Part shown: positions 7,070-10,163 of the stretch, piece by piece
How the letters are laid out: every line of letters starts with the position of its first letter
Position numbering within the stretch: position 1 is the first letter of the stretch
Assembly: GCA_037381445.1 (NCBI GenBank)
Contig: JARRQT010000118.1
Span: forward strand, 10,570 to 20,732
DNA from: Calditrichia bacterium
GTDB taxonomy: Bacteria; Calditrichota; Calditrichia; RBG-13-44-9
DNA: 10,163 nt
Direction: 5' to 3'
The notes under the pieces: model-generated
Database searches by the model: none
Seen by the model: the letters and a program-made list of their open reading frames with translations, nothing else
Told to the model about the DNA's origin: nothing
Program-made: the position numbers and the translations under genes

Positions 7070-7490
7070 TTTTGACCTAACATATATTTGTTCTAAAGGG
7101 TCAGGAAAAAATAATCCTGTTCGAAAAATTTATATTACTTTTGAGTTGTCCTTAACCAATGCATACTGGTGATCTGATTTGTGATTTCCGCAGCGGCGTT
7201 GAATCTTTCAATGGTCCGCGCCAAACATATATTGAAGTCCACCGCGGTGTATTGTCACATACTTGGAAATATCCAGGCCGTCTTTTCTTCTGTCTATTTA
7301 AAAGATTTGTTCAGCCCGTATAATCAGGCGGCGGTTCAGCCTCCCAAGAGTGGCTTTCGAACCAATTGCTCGTGATGCCTTTTGATCTTCAAAATATTGA
7401 GAAGAGAACGGATGTTTTGCAGTAATATCTTCCGGTGGGTCGGGCTTGGTCATTAGCCTGCAGCAATGCATAAGATGGGGAAATATGATT

Positions 7491-8330
7491 ATGAATGATA
7501 AAATATCTGAAACAGCTTTAGCGATTGCATCCTTGCGTGCATTATCAAATTATGAAACTGACCCAGCCGTACAAAGTCATGATGAGTTGGCTGAATTGTT
7601 TTTACCTGAGGACCGGCAGGCTGCGCTAAGAACGCCCGGCTCACGAGAGATGATCAGGCAGCGCATACCGAAAGGGATGTACGAATATGTCATTGCCAGG
7701 ACAAAATATTTCGATGGGGTATTCGTTGAGGCGATAAAAAATATGATTGAACAGATCGTCATATTGGGGGCGGGATATGATAGTCGCCCCTATCGATTTC
7801 AAGCGCAGATCGACCACACCCAAATATTTGAAGTAGATATGAAGCCGACACAGGAACATAAGCGTGAATGTCTCTATAAGCATAACGTTGAGATCCATGA
7901 CCATATTTCGTTCATTCCTATGGACTTTGAGACGGATGATCCTATCGAAATGCTTCTCCAATCCGGATATGATCAATGTAAACAAACGTTGTTTTTGTGG
8001 GAGGGGGTGACATTCTATTTGTCACAAGGTGCTGTGGCGAATATGCTGCGGCGATTGAAAAACCATTCCGGTGCCGGAAGCCGTATATGTTTTGACTTTC
8101 AAACAATACAACACGAACAGGATCTTATTCAGACAGGCTTACGGGAGGAGGTGATTAAATTTGGCATTGAATCAGGGCAAATTGCAAATTTTGTGAATGA
8201 TCATCAATATCGTGTCATAGAGCTTGTTACAGCCGGTGACATGGAACGGCGGTTTCTGAGGCTGCAAAATGGTGAATTCTTCGGGAAAATCATGCCAATG
8301 ATGAATTTTCTCCTCATAGAACACAAATAA
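7491..8330 (+). CDS. Class I SAM-dependent methyltransferase, LCM/Ppm1/YktD (COG3315) type
   Basis: Motifs ISETALAIASLRA, ARTKYFD, QIVILGAGYDSRPYR, FEVD, PMDFE and LFLWEGVTFYL. ATG at 7491 (or 7485) after GGGGA is preferred to the TTG at 7446. Confidence 0.92.
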   Translation: MNDKISETALAIASLRALSNYETDPAVQSHDELAELFLPEDRQAALRTPGSREMIRQRIPKGMYEYVIARTKYFDGVFVEAIKNMIEQIVILGAGYDSRPYRFQAQIDHTQIFEVDMKPTQEHKRECLYKHNVEIHDHISFIPMDFETDDPIEMLLQSGYDQCKQTLFLWEGVTFYLSQGAVANMLRRLKNHSGAGSRICFDFQTIQHEQDLIQTGLREEVIKFGIESGQIANFVNDHQYRVIELVTAGDMERRFLRLQNGEFFGKIMPMMNFLLIEHK

Positions 8331-8481
8331 AGCAGTACTGTCCGGGGGATGGACAACGGCCAACAATTTATATAGGTGGCGGCCAAGTTAAACGTTGTCC
8401 GGAAGAAATACTGAATAAATGCGGTAAGATGCATTCTTTTGAATTTAATCATGCATAAACAAACCAGAAGGAGAAACCACG

Positions 8482-9285
8482 ATGATGCAATCTTCTTTGT
8501 TTGGGGGATACCTGAATCTTTTGATAATCATAATTATATGTCATTTGGGTGTCTCTGAAATACAATCCTCAGAGCCTGTGGTTAGCATTCATTATCTGGG
8601 ACATTCCGCCTTTGTCTTAAAATTTGATAACGGCATCACAATTGTTACAGATTATGGTCACCATAATGCCTGGGTCAATTGGGGGTGGGATAGTCCAATT
8701 TATAGCATTGGAGATTTGGTACCGAATGTTATGACATATTCGCATCATCACGACGATCATTACGATCCGGATAGAATTCCCGAAGGTGTATCTCACATTT
8801 TAACTGGCTTGGACAGTCTCTCCATTGGTGAAATTGAGATAAAGCCGGTTCGCACATCCGAAGACAGCATCCAGGTTGAGAGCAACACAAGTTACATATT
8901 TATCTATAAGGGAATTAAAATTTGTCATTTAGGAGATGCCCAGGCACAAATAATGAATATTAATAGTAATGAAGATTTTAGAAATCACATTAAGACTATT
9001 TTTCCTGACAATTATGATCTTTTGCTAATGACCATTGAGGGGAAACAAAAATTCATTTCCCAGGCCGAAGCTTTTATCGATCTGCTTAAACCTCGGAAAA
9101 TTATTCCTATGCATTTCTGGAGTCAAACGTATAAAAAGGATTTTCTCGATTATCTCAAGGCACAGAATGATGTGGGCAAAAAATATCAAATCCGCGTGAG
9201 CGACAGTTCAACCTGTGAACTTTTTGTTTCAGAAAACACTGATTCTATTAAGGTGATCAGCCTTGCGCCGAGTCCATATCATTAG
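8482..9285 (+). CDS. Metallo-beta-lactamase-fold hydrolase (Lactamase_B_3/UlaG-like) with an N-terminal hydrophobic signal or anchor, 267 aa
   Basis: Motifs YLGHSAF, SHHHDDH (HxHxDH), HLGD and IPMHF. Hydrophobic stretch YLNLLIIIIICHLGV; AGAAGGAG RBS upstream. Confidence 0.9.
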   Translation: MMQSSLFGGYLNLLIIIIICHLGVSEIQSSEPVVSIHYLGHSAFVLKFDNGITIVTDYGHHNAWVNWGWDSPIYSIGDLVPNVMTYSHHHDDHYDPDRIPEGVSHILTGLDSLSIGEIEIKPVRTSEDSIQVESNTSYIFIYKGIKICHLGDAQAQIMNINSNEDFRNHIKTIFPDNYDLLLMTIEGKQKFISQAEAFIDLLKPRKIIPMHFWSQTYKKDFLDYLKAQNDVGKKYQIRVSDSSTCELFVSENTDSIKVISLAPSPYH

Positions 9286-9970
9286 ACCTCCAGCTCCATT
9301 TCACCCTTTTCACTGCGGACCAGGCAGCCGTTGCTTTCTCCTTCATTGTCAGCCCCCGGGAAATTCCAACTGCTGAAATCAGGTATTAATGCTGGCTTGA
9401 CCCATTCATCACCGCCTTTTATTTCGCCAGAGGAAAGGACGTAGGTCATCAGGTTGAGTTGCCAGTCATTGTGAAGACGAGCCGCCGGAAACGGATTTTT
9501 CCCGGGAATAAAGACCATGAGTTCAATCGTGCCATCCGGATTTTCCCGGACCAGATCAATGGTGCCGGTTAGCATAAAATCTTCCATTTCCACCCGGAAG
9601 CGCTGTCCGGCATAGAGCCACCGGGCCTCCCGGTTTTCCCGCCGCCAGCGATAATCTTCCAGGATGCGGACGGCAGCATTCTCAAATTCCTCTAATGTCT
9701 TTTCCCGGTCCATCCACAGCAGGGGAATACGCTTTTCGCTGTCCCGGTATAATTCGAAGTAATCGAAGATATACTGGTAGTAGTGTTCGATATTCATGTT
9801 CCATTTGGTGTCATGCATCAAGTAGATCAACTGCTTGATGGTCTCATGTGCAAAGCAAGTGACTCCTGCCAGGCGGGTTTGGTGCCTCCGATATGGTGAA
9901 GACGATAGCGGAGCGGGCAGTCCAGGAATTCATTCATGGATGACATGAAGATTTCGGTTTGCGTCGTCAT
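9282..9970 (-). pseudogene. PD-(D/E)XK nuclease (PDDEXK_1, RecB/AddB/Cas4-like), frameshifted, degenerate and probably C-terminally truncated
   Basis: ATG at 9970 follows GAGGAGGAG and reads MTTQTEIFMSSMNEFLDCPLRYRLHHI... (the family's S-x-F-x-x-CP-x-RY start), stopping at 9827. A second frame carries HETIKQL...LTGTIDLV...DWQLNL to 9282. The catalytic D-x-K position reads V-F-I, and there is no C-terminal Cys cluster. Confidence 0.8.
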
Positions 9971-10024
9971 AATTACTCCTCCTCATTTAACGGGGTTGAT
10001 TTGGTTGAACTTTCTTATGCTCTA

Positions 10025-10054
10025 CTTATACCTGAAATGGGGAGCATTTTAAAA
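10025..10054 (-). promoter_or_regulatory. Putative promoter motif upstream of the nuclease gene (TTTTAAAAT-N10-TCAGGTATAAG)
   Basis: TTTAAA-17 nt-TATAAG spacing, about 55 nt upstream of the ATG at 9970; matches the motif at 3483-3511. Confidence 0.4.
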
Positions 10055-10163
10055 AGATTAGGGGGAATATCATTAAGGATTTGCATCGATCGGGAGGAGG
10101 CTGGAGGCCCTATGCGGCATGTTTCCCCTGTAATAATGGTTCATCCGTGACAATTTCAAAATA

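Noticed and set aside
8482..9285. Interpreting the MBL-fold gene as an antibiotic-resistance beta-lactamase
   Set aside because: The motif pattern (LGHSAF, HLGD, IPMH) fits the UlaG/Lactamase_B_3 hydrolase branch rather than class B beta-lactamases.
5064..9513. 14-bp direct repeat TCCCGGGAATAAAG at 5064-5077 and 9500-9513
   Set aside because: One such match in 10 kb is within chance expectation. One copy is inside the nuclease coding frame and the pair does not mark a compositional boundary.
9959..10150. 63-aa + strand ORF at the window end
   Set aside because: TTG start without an RBS, and it lies antisense across the nuclease gene's start, RBS and promoter region.

Overview
The window has three compositionally distinct parts. 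(1) 1-2217: an overlapping + strand two-component operon with two paralogous LytS/YehU-type histidine kinases (the first is cut by the window edge) and one REC-LytTR response regulator. (2) Two GC-richer minus-strand blocks (about 2480-3510 and 9282-10054) that look like remnants of one decaying prophage/ICE-type element. They hold an XRE-family regulator with a 1-nt frameshift, a 96-aa HTH-like ORF, an unannotated 27-codon hydrophobic ORF with a strong RBS that may end at a premature stop, and a frameshifted, catalytically degenerate PD-(D/E)XK nuclease. The XRE and nuclease genes are preceded by the same promoter-like motif. (3) Between these blocks (3973-9285): five intact, AT-richer, functionally unrelated + strand genes with long spacers. 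These are a stand-alone RelA/SpoT-type HD hydrolase, a Cys-rich DUF6144/V4R-like protein, a secreted TraB/Tiki-like protein, an LCM/COG3315-type SAM methyltransferase and an exported MBL-fold hydrolase. I found no rRNA, tRNA, CRISPR array, integrase or transposase. I cannot demonstrate a new biological system from sequence alone. The best leads are the split, decayed element wrapped around a cargo block, the two-kinase/one-regulator operon, the small hydrophobic ORF, and the alarmone-hydrolase-like gene bracketed by an imperfect inverted repeat. All family calls come from motif recognition by eye, not database searches.
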